64,000 bases of DNA from an uncultured bacterium (lineage in GTDB: Bacteria; Patescibacteriota; Minisyncoccia; Phycocordibacterales; UBA9973), in NCBI GenBank assembly GCA_903892035.1, contig CAITGV010000001.1, positions 18,578-82,577 of the forward strand, read 5' to 3'. A program made the position numbers and the translations under genes. Numbering within the stretch: the stretch's first letter is position 1; each line of letters starts with the position of its first letter. This document shows, piece by piece, positions 29,901 through 39,400 of this stretch. A model generated the notes under the pieces. It was not told the DNA's origin. It saw nothing but the letters and a program-made list of their open reading frames with translations, and did not search any database.

Positions 29901-30237
29901 TTGGATCACTTTTTAATTCAGCAATTTTATTATCAATTGATTGTGAGCTATCTACAGAAAGTATAGAAATATTACTACTTCTAATATTTTTCTTTATTCC
30001 CAAATTTTTACTTAAAGCAAAATTTGATATTTGAGAACGTCCACTTATTGTTTCAAGATTTATTTTGTCTTTTTTATATTTAACAATTATTTCCCCATCC
30101 ACATATTTTCCGAAAGGTATATGTGTATTTTGATTTTTTGTATTATTACCAAGTGCTAAAACAAAATTTGCATTCAAAAAACCCAAAACTATGATAGTTA
30201 AAAATATTGATTTAAGAATAATTTTGCTTCTTTTCAC
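26932..30237 (-). CDS. S8 subtilisin-like serine protease (1101 aa) with Gly13 linker and C-terminal peptidoglycan-binding (PG_binding_1-like) domain
   Basis: Signal peptide; catalytic triad contexts VIDTGV (Asp), HGTHVSGTIAA (His), GTSMATPHVVGLAGL (Ser); C-terminus LRFGMNDQSVVILQKYLNSHGF...GVFGPKSQKYI. Confidence 0.85.
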   Translation of the reverse strand: MKRSKIILKSIFLTIIVLGFLNANFVLALGNNTKNQNTHIPFGKYVDGEIIVKYKKDKINLETISGRSQISNFALSKNLGIKKNIRSSNISILSVDSSQSIDNKIAELKSDPNVLYAEPNYKRSFSDISTDDTYRDRLWGLDNTGQTIAGDFSTTTGTVGSDIKINNAWGINQGTNADVVVAVIDTGVAYNHPDLINQMWDGTNCVDENGTIIVGGCNHGYDFADNDITPLPVDSSHGTHVSGTIAAEKNNTTGIVGVAPHVKIMAIRFAFDVATEVEAIDFATQNGAKVINASYGGSQFSQAEYDAIARFRASGGIFVAAAGNSGTNNDNNHFYPSDYGLDNIISVAATDQNDHLASFSDFGTTSVDVGAPGVNILSTIADFIKYTEDFTSTSLNAIPVNWTRGGSTTNHFGVLSTSGNKVLFGDTNRMPYTSNANTTIDSPTIDLGGTTTGATISFDATCDTQYSLTSWTDYMELYYSSDGVNFTPAIDPFYGGDFMWDEAYLDSDSNPAGSASYNFQDVPIPSQYLTSNFKFRFDWVTNGVDNNHLGCSVDNLTIDTLNDGSNELYAYYSGTSMATPHVVGLAGLIWGYQPTLTATQVKNDILNSGDTLATLSGKTTSGKRINAGSALLAVDPDKKINSFDFTNPSAVGVVDENNKTIALNVPYGTNITTLSPTISIVGASVSPASGISTDFINPVIYTVTAGDGSTVTYTATINVLSNTAANILSFNSTSPSANGIISGTNITLTERYGTDISALPIVISISPQATVSPDSGNIAFVSGVPQTFTVTAGDGVTTQDYTVTVTINDPSDLTALTGVINSANTIYNSAVEGSTPGLYIVGSKIILQTAINIASAMTNVNTQSEVDAEVITLNQAIANFQNSKVNSVPPVITLVGSSNVSVAYGSTYTDAGATASDDLEGDITSKIITVNPVNTHTAGTYILTYNVSDLEGNQATEVTRTVTVNAQIIQSGGGGGGGGGGGGSYTPPPAVTPTPVIVPTIPVIAVNTVNQNSTQAISDSKINYAFHKTLRFGMNDQSVVILQKYLNSHGFIVSVSGAGSSGKEVSYFGLKTLKAVKAFQKSVGLIADGVFGPKSQKYILN

Positions 30238-30246
30238 TGTTTTACT

Positions 30247-30591
30247 TTATTTTTTAATTTTCATTTTTCCCTCTTTAACTCCTGCTTTAAATCCTTTTGA
30301 AATTGCATTCTTTATCTGTACACCTTTTCTAACAATTTTTTTTGTTTTATTTTCTGCTTTCTTTACAGCTTTATTAATTTGAACATTTATCTTGTCACGT
30401 TTTGGCTTTGTTGACTGCCATTCGCCTTCAGCTTTTTTTACGATCTTTGCTCCTTTTTTCTCAAGCTTATCAAAACCGACAACAGCTTTTACTACTAATT
30501 TTTTTACTGAATCTGCGACTTTTTTATTTGTATTGTTTTTCATAAATTTCGTATAATTAATAATAACAATTATAGCATTATTACTTTCCAT
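30247..30591 (-). CDS. lysine-rich basic protein (histone H1/Hc1-like composition), hypothetical
   Basis: 114 aa with about 30% Lys; real start may be the internal MKNNTNKK. Confidence 0.4.
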   Translation of the reverse strand: MESNNAIIVIINYTKFMKNNTNKKVADSVKKLVVKAVVGFDKLEKKGAKIVKKAEGEWQSTKPKRDKINVQINKAVKKAENKTKKIVRKGVQIKNAISKGFKAGVKEGKMKIKK

Positions 30592-30837
30592 AAGCTAAAA
30601 AAATTCCCCAGGTGGCAGCCCGAGGAATCTCAAAAATATGTTTCCGGAGAAATAGTCATACACCGCCTTAAAATGCTGACGTGACTCGGTCTTCCTAACT
30701 GTTTCGGAATGGAAGATTTAACAGAAATATATATGTCATATATATTGATAATATTCAAAATGAATATTATATTTAAAATCTACAAAGTAAGTAGCTTGGC
30801 TCCGCGGGTAGGGATCGAACCTACGACCAATCGATTA

Positions 30838-31406
30838 CACGAATCCTAATATTACTAAAAGGGGTGGACTATATCATATCCATGTTTTTACTTTCATAAA
30901 AATTTAGGACCAAGGCGCTTCCCGCTCTCTATAACTAGAGAGAAGTACTCCCCGAAGGGATAGTCTCTACACCTGCCCGCCGACCTAGGTCGGAGGGATT
31001 GGCTCGGGATTGTCCTTTTTACTGACTAAGGATTTCCCCGAATTCACCTTGTTTTTCATCCTTGCTTTCGCAAAGGAAGCTGCGTAATGCCCGCTTCGAC
31101 TTCTCTGTGACAGTTTGCACAAAGTAATACACATTTATCAAGTTCTGCTTTTACTCTCTCCCAACTTCGCGTGTATCCCTTCGCGCCAATCCCAAATTTT
31201 TTATTTAAAGGATTAACATGATGAAATTCAAGCGCATCTGTGCAACGAGAATAATGACAAATTTCGCAATTGCCACCGAGATAATTTAAAGACAATTCTT
31301 TAATCTTTTTTCGGCGTTTTACAACTGCTTTGATAAGTGTATCGCGACGCATAGCATAAGTTCGTTTCTCTGGCATAAGTTTATTATACCAAATGAAACT
31401 GGACCA
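30838..31406 (-). mobile_element. group I-like self-splicing intron in the tRNA-Asn anticodon loop (between positions 35 and 36), carrying an HNH endonuclease ORF
   Basis: Follows a U in the 5' exon and ends in G; R-like (AGAGACUA, ~30963-30975) and S-like (AUGAUAUAGUCC, ~30868-30880) elements can pair as P7; ORF lies in the 5' part. Confidence 0.65.
31056..31376 (-). CDS. HNH homing endonuclease (intron-encoded)
   Basis: CEICHYSRC...EFHHVNPLN...LLCANCHREVE, a complete HNH/zinc-finger motif set; 106 aa. Confidence 0.8.
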   Translation of the reverse strand: MPEKRTYAMRRDTLIKAVVKRRKKIKELSLNYLGGNCEICHYSRCTDALEFHHVNPLNKKFGIGAKGYTRSWERVKAELDKCVLLCANCHREVEAGITQLPLRKQG

Positions 31407-31509
31407 CAGTCGATTGCTCTACCGCTGAGCTACCGCGGAGCTAAACCACTTACTTTAAAATACAAAGAACTACCCGACATAATAGCAAAAAGAGTGCTAA
31501 AATGCAAAG

Positions 31510-31737
31510 ATGTACATCAAGGTAAAAGTTACAGCGGGGGCTAAAAAAGAGACCTTTCTTCCAGTGAGTAAAGAGGAGTTTAAAGTTAGCGTAAAAGAAC
31601 CAGCGGAGAGAAATTTGGCAAACAATCGCATTCGTGAGCTTATTGCCATACACTATAAATTACCCATAGGAAAAACAAGGATAATTTCCGGCCATCATAG
31701 CCCTAGTAAAATATTGTCCGTAAACATCGAAGATTGA
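31510..31737 (+). CDS. DUF167/YggU-family protein
   Basis: 75 aa; KVKVTAGAKK...V.V...P..G.AN..L..L....Y.L.I..T.I.SG..S.SK pattern. Confidence 0.55.
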   Translation: MYIKVKVTAGAKKETFLPVSKEEFKVSVKEPAERNLANNRIRELIAIHYKLPIGKTRIISGHHSPSKILSVNIED

Positions 31738-31765
31738 TTTTTTATATTGGCCAATATTTGCTAGT

Positions 31766-34333
31766 ATGATAGATATGAAAAATGATATTCGACTAGTAAG
31801 TCACGTAAAACCAGAACACTACGAAATTACCCTAAAGCCCGATCTTTTGGCTCACACTTTTTGGGGTAATGAAACTATCACAATAAATTTAGATAAAGTA
31901 ATCACAGAGATAACTCTTCATTCAAAAGACCTCGATATAACTTCTGTATTTGTAGATAGTCAAAATATAAAGACAGAAGCAAAAAAAATTGTTTACGATA
32001 AAAAACACGAAACAGCAACTTTTATTTTTCCAAATAAAATTGCAAAAGGTGAAATAAAATTGCACATACAATTTGCCGGAATTTTGTCAGAAAATATGCG
32101 GGGTTTTTATAAGAGTAAATATGTTGTCGAAGGTGAAGAGCGTTTTATGGCAACTACACAATTCGAAGCTACAGATGCGCGTCGATGTATCCCCTGTTTT
32201 GACGAGCCGACACACAAAGCAGTATTTAAAATTCACCTCATTACTCCATCTGACAAAACTGCAATTTCAAATACATTACCAGAAAGTATAAAAGAACATT
32301 CTTTGGGCTACAATATCGTTTCATTTTCTCCAACACCAAAAATGTCGACTTATCTTCTCGCTTTTATAATTGGTGATTTTGAATGGATAGAAAAAAAATC
32401 AAAAAATGGAGTTCTTGTGCGTGTTATGACTGTACCAGGGAAAAAACATCAAGCAGACTTTGCTCTCGATGTGACTGTGCGTTGTCTAGAATTTTATGAA
32501 AAATATTTTGGTATATCATATCCACTAAACATTCTAGATATGATTGCAATTCCAGATTTCTCTTCACTTGCAATGGAAAACTGGGGAGCTATTACATTTC
32601 GTGAAATAGGACTTTTGGTTGATGAAAAAAATACTTCAATATCAACAAAAGAAATGGTAGCAATTGTTATCGCACACGAACTTGCCCACCAATGGTTTGG
32701 AAATTTGGTTACAATGGAGTGGTGGACAGATTTGTGGCTCAATGAAGGTTTTGCTTCATATATTCCTTATCTCGCAATAGATGAGCTTTTCCCAGACTGG
32801 CATATTTGGGACCAATTTGCGACAGATGATTTGGCAATAGCACTCAAGCTCGACGCACTTTCAAATACACACCCAATAGAAGTTAAAGTAAATAATCCAA
32901 ATGAAATTGGAGAAATTTTTGACGCTGTTTCTTATAGTAAAGGTGCTACAGTTATTCGAATGCTTGCAGACTATCTTGGAAAAGAAAAATTTAGACTTGG
33001 TCTTTCTCATTATTTAAAAACTCACAGTTACAAAAATGCCTCGACAGTAGATCTTTGGAGTGCATTGGAAAAAATTTCAGGAAAACCTGTAAAAAAAATG
33101 ATGGCAATTTGGACTGGCAAAATGGGTTACCCTGTGCTTGAAGTTTCACTTGGTAGCAAGGCTACTAAGTTGACTCAAAAAAGATATTTTTCAAATAGTG
33201 CAAATAATAAAAAAAATATTGATAAAACAATTTGGCCAATACCACTTTCAATAGTCACACCAAAAGGTGAGAAAAATTTGCAATTGATGACAAGTAAAAG
33301 TCTTTCAATACCAACTCAAAAAGAAGATTACTTTAAATTCAATGCTCATGAGGGTTCGATGTATCGTGTGAAATATGATGAAAAAATACTTGAAAAATTA
33401 AAAGAGCCAATACTTTATGGAAAACTAAGCTCTTCAGATAGACTTGGTATTATTCGTGATTTATTTTCATTTAGCGAAGCGGGTATTTCCCCTACTACTT
33501 TGGCTTTACAAAATGCACTTCATTATAAAAATGAAAAAGAATACATTGTTTGGATTGAATTAATTACTGGATTACGCCAGATTTCAAATCTACTTGCAGG
33601 AACAAAAATAGAAAAAAGTTTTAAAAATTTCGCAAGAGAAATTATTTCCACTCACGTAAAAAATATTTCATGGAATCCAGAAAAAAACGAAGATCACAAT
33701 ATTTCTCTTTCTAGACCTTTAATATTAGGTGCAGCTTCATATTTTGGCGACCAAGAAAGTATAGAAACAATAAAGAAAATATTTATTGAAAGAAATAAAA
33801 CTCCTATTCATGCAGATTTGCGAGCAATAGTATACGGGACAATTGTTCGTGAAGGTGGACTTCTGGAATATGAAACTATTTTACAAATGTATAAAGATGA
33901 AGTTATGCATGAAGAAAAAAACCGCCTTCTAGGTGCACTTGGTGCTACGCGAGATAAAAAACTTCTAAAGCGAACTCTAGAATTTACAATGACTGATGCT
34001 GTTCGCATGCAGGACCGCAACGGAGCATTTGCAAGTGTTCTTATTAACCCACAAGGCCGAGAACTTGGCTGGAATTTTATAAAGAAAAATTGGAAAAAAA
34101 TTGGTGAGGCATATGGTGACGGCAATCACCTACTTTCACGGTTGATAGGAGTATTGAATCGAAATACAAATAAAAAAGCTTACGACGATATAAAAAAATT
34201 CTTCAAGACTCACACTGCGCCTTCTGCAGACCGCACAATACTTCAAACACTAGAATACATAAATTCAAATAGACTTTGGCTTGCAAGAGATTATAAAAAA
34301 ATTGAAAAATATTTAAAAGAAAATAAATATTAA
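31766..34333 (+). CDS. pepN: aminopeptidase N (M1 family)
   Basis: GAMEN-like AMENWG, HELAHQWFGNLVTMEWW...LWLNEGFA zinc-binding motifs; 855 aa. Confidence 0.9.
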   Translation: MIDMKNDIRLVSHVKPEHYEITLKPDLLAHTFWGNETITINLDKVITEITLHSKDLDITSVFVDSQNIKTEAKKIVYDKKHETATFIFPNKIAKGEIKLHIQFAGILSENMRGFYKSKYVVEGEERFMATTQFEATDARRCIPCFDEPTHKAVFKIHLITPSDKTAISNTLPESIKEHSLGYNIVSFSPTPKMSTYLLAFIIGDFEWIEKKSKNGVLVRVMTVPGKKHQADFALDVTVRCLEFYEKYFGISYPLNILDMIAIPDFSSLAMENWGAITFREIGLLVDEKNTSISTKEMVAIVIAHELAHQWFGNLVTMEWWTDLWLNEGFASYIPYLAIDELFPDWHIWDQFATDDLAIALKLDALSNTHPIEVKVNNPNEIGEIFDAVSYSKGATVIRMLADYLGKEKFRLGLSHYLKTHSYKNASTVDLWSALEKISGKPVKKMMAIWTGKMGYPVLEVSLGSKATKLTQKRYFSNSANNKKNIDKTIWPIPLSIVTPKGEKNLQLMTSKSLSIPTQKEDYFKFNAHEGSMYRVKYDEKILEKLKEPILYGKLSSSDRLGIIRDLFSFSEAGISPTTLALQNALHYKNEKEYIVWIELITGLRQISNLLAGTKIEKSFKNFAREIISTHVKNISWNPEKNEDHNISLSRPLILGAASYFGDQESIETIKKIFIERNKTPIHADLRAIVYGTIVREGGLLEYETILQMYKDEVMHEEKNRLLGALGATRDKKLLKRTLEFTMTDAVRMQDRNGAFASVLINPQGRELGWNFIKKNWKKIGEAYGDGNHLLSRLIGVLNRNTNKKAYDDIKKFFKTHTAPSADRTILQTLEYINSNRLWLARDYKKIEKYLKENKY

Positions 34334-34352
34334 TTTTATGAACAAATAATTT

Positions 34353-35048
34353 ATGAAACTGCACAGATTTATTGGTGATTTTATTTTTGATGATTCTACA
34401 CTGTCTATTATAGATCCTGAAATTGTAAATCAACTTAAAAATGTATTGCGCCTAAAAATTGGTGAGGAACTGATTCTTTGCGATGGAAAAGGCTATGAAA
34501 TTTCTGCGAGTATTCAATCAATTGATAGAAAAGAAATAATTGTTGAGTTGGGAAAAATGATTAAAAATAAAAATGAAATAAAACATCAAGTCAATCTTTT
34601 TTGCGCAATACTGAAAAAAGAAAATTTTGAACTTGTTGCTCAAAAAGCTACTGAAATAGGTATTACAAGAATTGTCCCTGTAATTTCTAAAAGAACTATA
34701 AAAATAAAAGTTGATCCAGTAAGAATTAAAAAAATAATCAAAGAAGCTTCAGAGCAATCTGGGCGTGGAGTTTTACCAGAACTTCACGAACAAATGAATT
34801 TTGCTGAAGCTATAGAATATGCAAAAACTTTAGGTGAAAGTATTATTTTTGATGGAAGTGGTTACCCTATTTCCGATACACGTTCTACGCCTCACGTCTC
34901 ATGTATTTTCATCGGTCCCGAAGGTGGCTGGACAGAAAATGAACTTACTCTCGCAAAAGAAAATAATTTTCATATAAAAAATCTTGGACCCCTCACCCTC
35001 CGCGCCGAAACCGCCGCCATCGTCGCTTGTTTTCTCTCAACTAGGTAA
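34353..35048 (+). CDS. rsmE: 16S rRNA (uracil1498-N3)-methyltransferase RsmE family
   Basis: N-terminal PUA-like region and C-terminal FIGPEGGWTENE SPOUT motif. Confidence 0.8.
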   Translation: MKLHRFIGDFIFDDSTLSIIDPEIVNQLKNVLRLKIGEELILCDGKGYEISASIQSIDRKEIIVELGKMIKNKNEIKHQVNLFCAILKKENFELVAQKATEIGITRIVPVISKRTIKIKVDPVRIKKIIKEASEQSGRGVLPELHEQMNFAEAIEYAKTLGESIIFDGSGYPISDTRSTPHVSCIFIGPEGGWTENELTLAKENNFHIKNLGPLTLRAETAAIVACFLSTR

Positions 35049-35103
35049 ACAAAAAGGCATCCTTGAATCTCAAGAATGCCTATTGTATAAAATTTTGGGT
35101 TAA

Positions 35104-35691
35104 CTAAAACTTAAACCCAGCTGATACTCTTAATGTTTTTACCGCAAATACTAAATTATTTGTCGGAAAGGTTGCTCCAGAAATAACTGAGCCAATTAAA
35201 AATACAGACTTAAAACTTACCCCCACTCCAGTAGAGAGATAACCGAAACTTGCAGGAACAGGTGGCAAATTAAGAATTTGATTATCCTTAATTTTTGCAG
35301 TATATCCAATACTTAAATCCATAAATAAATATTTAGATATACCTTCCAATTTTTGCATAGTTTCAGTTGTGTACCAACCATGAATTCCAGCCTCAACTCC
35401 TACAGCTTTCAAATCAAAATTAAATTGAAGAAATGAAATACTGTAAGGTAATACTCCCAAAGAAACACCCGGACCACCATACATAGAATATGTTATGGCT
35501 GCAGATGCTAATTTAGGATGTTCATTTTGATCAGGAGCATCTGGAATTGTAGGCGTTTCAGCCTGTGCAGCAGGTGCTGGAGTAGATGTTACTGGTGGTA
35601 CTGTCTTTTTCCCACCAAATGTACTTTGCGCTTTTACTTGCCCGGCAAACAGGCAGATTGCTACGGCAATCACGACGAATACTTTTTTCAT
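35104..35691 (-). CDS. exported protein with signal peptide and C-terminal ...AGFKF (beta-barrel-like terminus), hypothetical
   Basis: Signal peptide MKKVFVVIAVAICLFAGQVKAQS; alternating hydrophobic C-terminal half ending in Phe. Confidence 0.4.
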   Translation of the reverse strand: MKKVFVVIAVAICLFAGQVKAQSTFGGKKTVPPVTSTPAPAAQAETPTIPDAPDQNEHPKLASAAITYSMYGGPGVSLGVLPYSISFLQFNFDLKAVGVEAGIHGWYTTETMQKLEGISKYLFMDLSIGYTAKIKDNQILNLPPVPASFGYLSTGVGVSFKSVFLIGSVISGATFPTNNLVFAVKTLRVSAGFKF

Positions 35692-35827
35692 TTTTTCTTT
35701 TGTTTTAATATTTTTTATTTAATTTATTTCAAAGATTACCTAGATATAGTATCATAATACTTGACAAAAGTCAATGATTATGAAAAATATTAGCTTCTAT
35801 GTATATGACGCTTTTGGAGTGTATTTA

Positions 35828-36418
35828 TTACAAATTCTTCAAAAAAGACTTACGATGCAAGGGTGAAATACCATATTTCTTTAATGCAATATAGTGCTTT
35901 TTGGTGCCATAACCCTTGTGAATTTCGAAATAATATTGCGGATATTTCTTTGCAATTTTTTTCATATATCTATCTCGCATAACTTTTGCCACGATTGACG
36001 CAAGTGCTATCACCGGCTCTTTTTCATCACCTTTTATTATTGTCTTTTGATTCTTAAATTCTGCCGGTGCACGTAGTCCACCATCCAAAAGTACTTTTAC
36101 CCGTTTTGCGCTATCGTGAGATTTGGGTAAAACTAAATTTAAAGATTTATTTAATGCTTTTTGGATTGCTTTTGAAAGTCCGATTTTATCGACAATTTTT
36201 GCGGAGACCATCGTTACACAAAAATCGCACTTCCATTCTTTCCGCCACTCACATATTTTTTCATACCAAATTTCTCTTTGCTTTTCAGTAAGTTTTTTTG
36301 AATCCTTTATAGGAAGTTGAATTTTTTTATGAACAATAAATGCTCCCACTGCCACAGGCCCTGCAAGTGGTCCTCGTCCCACTTCATCTATTCCAACAAC
36401 AAGTCTCTTTTTGTCCAT
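35828..36418 (-). CDS. rnhB: ribonuclease HII
   Basis: VVGIDEVGRGPLAGPVAVGAFIV N-terminal motif; 196 aa. Confidence 0.9.
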   Translation of the reverse strand: MDKKRLVVGIDEVGRGPLAGPVAVGAFIVHKKIQLPIKDSKKLTEKQREIWYEKICEWRKEWKCDFCVTMVSAKIVDKIGLSKAIQKALNKSLNLVLPKSHDSAKRVKVLLDGGLRAPAEFKNQKTIIKGDEKEPVIALASIVAKVMRDRYMKKIAKKYPQYYFEIHKGYGTKKHYIALKKYGISPLHRKSFLKNL

Positions 36419-36462
36419 ATTCCATATAATAGCTCATTTGCTATACTAAAGACACAAATTTT

Positions 36463-39400
36463 ATGGCTTCAAAATTCGTCCATTTGCATACTCATTCTCA
36501 CTATTCCCTTTTAGATGGTCTTTCGAAGGTGGACGATATTGTAAGTATTGCAAAGAAAAACAAAATGAAAGCAATTGCTTTAACTGACCACGGAAGTATG
36601 TATGGATCAATTGATTTTTATAAAGCCTGCAAAAAAGCAGACATTAAACCAATTATTGGTGTTGAAGCCTATATTGCCGAAAGATCACGCCTCGACAAAG
36701 AATCCGGCATCGACAATCGTCGCTACCACCTCACATTGCTAGCAAAAAATCTTACTGGTTACAAAAACCTTATTCGTCTTGTTACTCGCGCAAACCTTGA
36801 AGGATATTATTATAAACCAAGAATGGACAAAGAAATACTTCGCGAACATCACGAAGGTATCATTTGTCTTTCGGGTTGTATGGGTAGCCAGCTTTCGCAA
36901 GCAGTTTTATCTGACAATAATGAAAGAGCTGAAGAATTAATAAAGGAACACATTGATATTTTTGGTAAAGAAAATTACTTTATAGAACTTCATTCACATC
37001 CGCACGTCGAAGGTGATAAAAAACTTCGCGACGGTTTGATAGCTCTTGGAAGGAAATTTAATATCACCCTTGTTGCAGCACAGGATTCTCACTACCCTTG
37101 CAAAGATGACCACCATGCACACGAAACATTACTCGCAATACAAACTGGCGCAGAAACAAACGAATCAAATAAATTTACTTTTGGTGAAGATGACTTTTCT
37201 TTGATCGATGAGAAGACCGCCTTAGAATACTTTGCCGACATTCCAGAAGCTGTAACAAATACTCAAATTGTCGCTGATATGTGCGATATTGAACTCACGC
37301 TTGGTACCTGGGTTTTCCCTGATTTGAAAATTGAAGATGGCATGTCTTATGAAGACAAACTTCGAGAGACAGCTTTTGCTGGTTTTGAAAAAAGAGAAAT
37401 GGAAAAAACCAAAGAAGCAGTGGACCGTCTTGAATACGAATTAAAAATTATTCTAGATAAAGGTTATTCTCCATATTTCTTAGTTGTGGCTGACCTCATT
37501 CGTTTTGCTCGAGAAAGTAAAATTTTAACAACAATTAGAGGTTCCGTCGCAGGCTCGCTTACTACTTACCTTATCGGTATTACAAATGTGGACCCAATTG
37601 CATATAAACTTCCATTTGAACGTTTCCTAAATCCTGAACGTCCTTCTGCTCCCGATATCGATATGGACTACGCCGATAACAGACGCGATGAGGTTATTCA
37701 ATATGCAAAAGATAAATATGGTGAAGATAAAGTTGCACAAATTGGAACATTTGGAACGATGATGGCGCGTGGAGCTGTGCGTGATGTGGCTCGAGCACTC
37801 GGCTATCCATACGGTATTGGTGACAGAATATCAAAAATGATACCGATGGGCTCACAAGGCTTTCCAATGACAATTGATCACGCTATTGAAATTGTACCTG
37901 AACTTAAAGACGCATATGAAAAAGAAAAAGATACAAAAGAAATTATTGATTTAGCCAAAAAACTTGAAGGTTGCGTACGACACATCTCAGTTCACGCTGC
38001 TGGAGTTGTGATTGCACCAAAACCTCTTTATGAATATGCTCCAACTCAACTTGATCCAAAAGGTGGAAAAATCATTACTCAGTATGATATGTATTCTATT
38101 GAAGAAGCTGGTTTACTAAAATTCGACTTCCTAGGAATTAGAAACCTAGCAATTTTAGGAGATGCAGTGGACCTTGTAAAAAGAATTCACAATATCGATA
38201 TTGATTTGGAAAAAATTCCTCTTGATGATAAAAAAACTTTTGAAATGCTTGCACGCGGAGAAACAGAAGGACTTTTCCAATTAAACGGAAGTGGTATGAC
38301 GCGATATCTAAAAGAGTTGATGCCATCTACAATTCACGATATAAACGCCATGGTTGCCCTTTATCGCCCAGGACCTATGGAAATGATTCCTGAGTACATT
38401 AAAAGAAAACACAACCCTTCTTTGGTCCGTTATCTCGATCCTAGAATGAAATCAATTCTTGATCAATCTTTTGGAGTTATCACTTACCAAGATGACGTCA
38501 TGCTTATTGCAATCGAACTTGGTGGTTACTCTTGGCTTGAAGCTGACAAACTTCGTAAAGCTATGGGTAAAAAAATTCCAGCTGAAATGGCATTACAAAA
38601 AGAAAAATTACTTTCAGGTTTTATGGAAAATGGTCTTTCTAAAGAAAAAGCAAAGACTCTATGGGAACTTATCGAGCCTTTTGCAGCTTATGGATTCAAT
38701 AAAGCTCACGCAGCAAGTTATGGGCGAGTCGCATACCAGACATCGTACATGAAAGCCAATTTCCCTATTGAATATATGTGCGCGATTCTTTCTGCTGAGT
38801 CTGGAGACGTAGAGAAAATTTCTGAAATCATTACTGAATGCAACAAAATGGGCATTACAGTTCTTCCTCCTGATGTAAATGAAAGCTATGGAGGTTTTAC
38901 AGTCGTAAATGACCCAAAAGAAAATTCGATTGGAACAATTCGCTTTGGTTTATATACAATTAAAAATTTAGGCACAGATATCGCTGATGCAATAATTGCC
39001 GAAAGAATGGACCCGCCAAATGGTGGAGGAAAATATAAATCTATCGGAGACTTTTTAGAGCGTATTAAACACAAAAATCTAAACAAAAAATCTCTAGACG
39101 CTTTAGTAAAATCTGGAAGTCTCGACAACTTTGGCGAAAGAGGCGCACTTCTAGGAAATATGGAGGAAATGCTTGCTTACAATAAAGAAACAAATCAGGG
39201 TAGCCAAGCACAGACTTCCCTATTTGGAGATTTGCCTAGTGAAGTGCTTACACTAAAATTAAAACCTGCCGAGCCTGCAAAAAAAGAAGATAAACTCGCT
39301 TGGGAAAAAGAACTGCTTGGTTTATATATTTCTGGCCATCCTCTCGACAAATACAAAGACAAACTAGAGAAAATGGAATGGAATATTACGAAGATTTTAA

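Larger units (their letters stand above)
30797..31440 (-). tRNA. tRNA-Asn(GUU) interrupted by a 569-nt intron (exon 1 31407-31440, exon 2 30797-30837, CCA encoded)
   Basis: Joined exons give a 75-nt cloverleaf: acceptor UCCGCGG/CCGCGGA, D stem GCUC/GAGC, anticodon stem AUCGA/UCGAU, loop CUGU|UAA, T arm GUAGG-UUCGAUC-CCUAC, U1:A72, G73. Confidence 0.75.

Noticed and set aside
30592-30796. Possible SRP (4.5S) RNA because of UUUCGGAAUGGAAGA / CUCCGGAAAC strings
   Set aside because: No convincing domain IV symmetric loop or GGAA-tetraloop helix; better explained as terminator of the tRNA plus promoter region of the Lys-rich protein gene.
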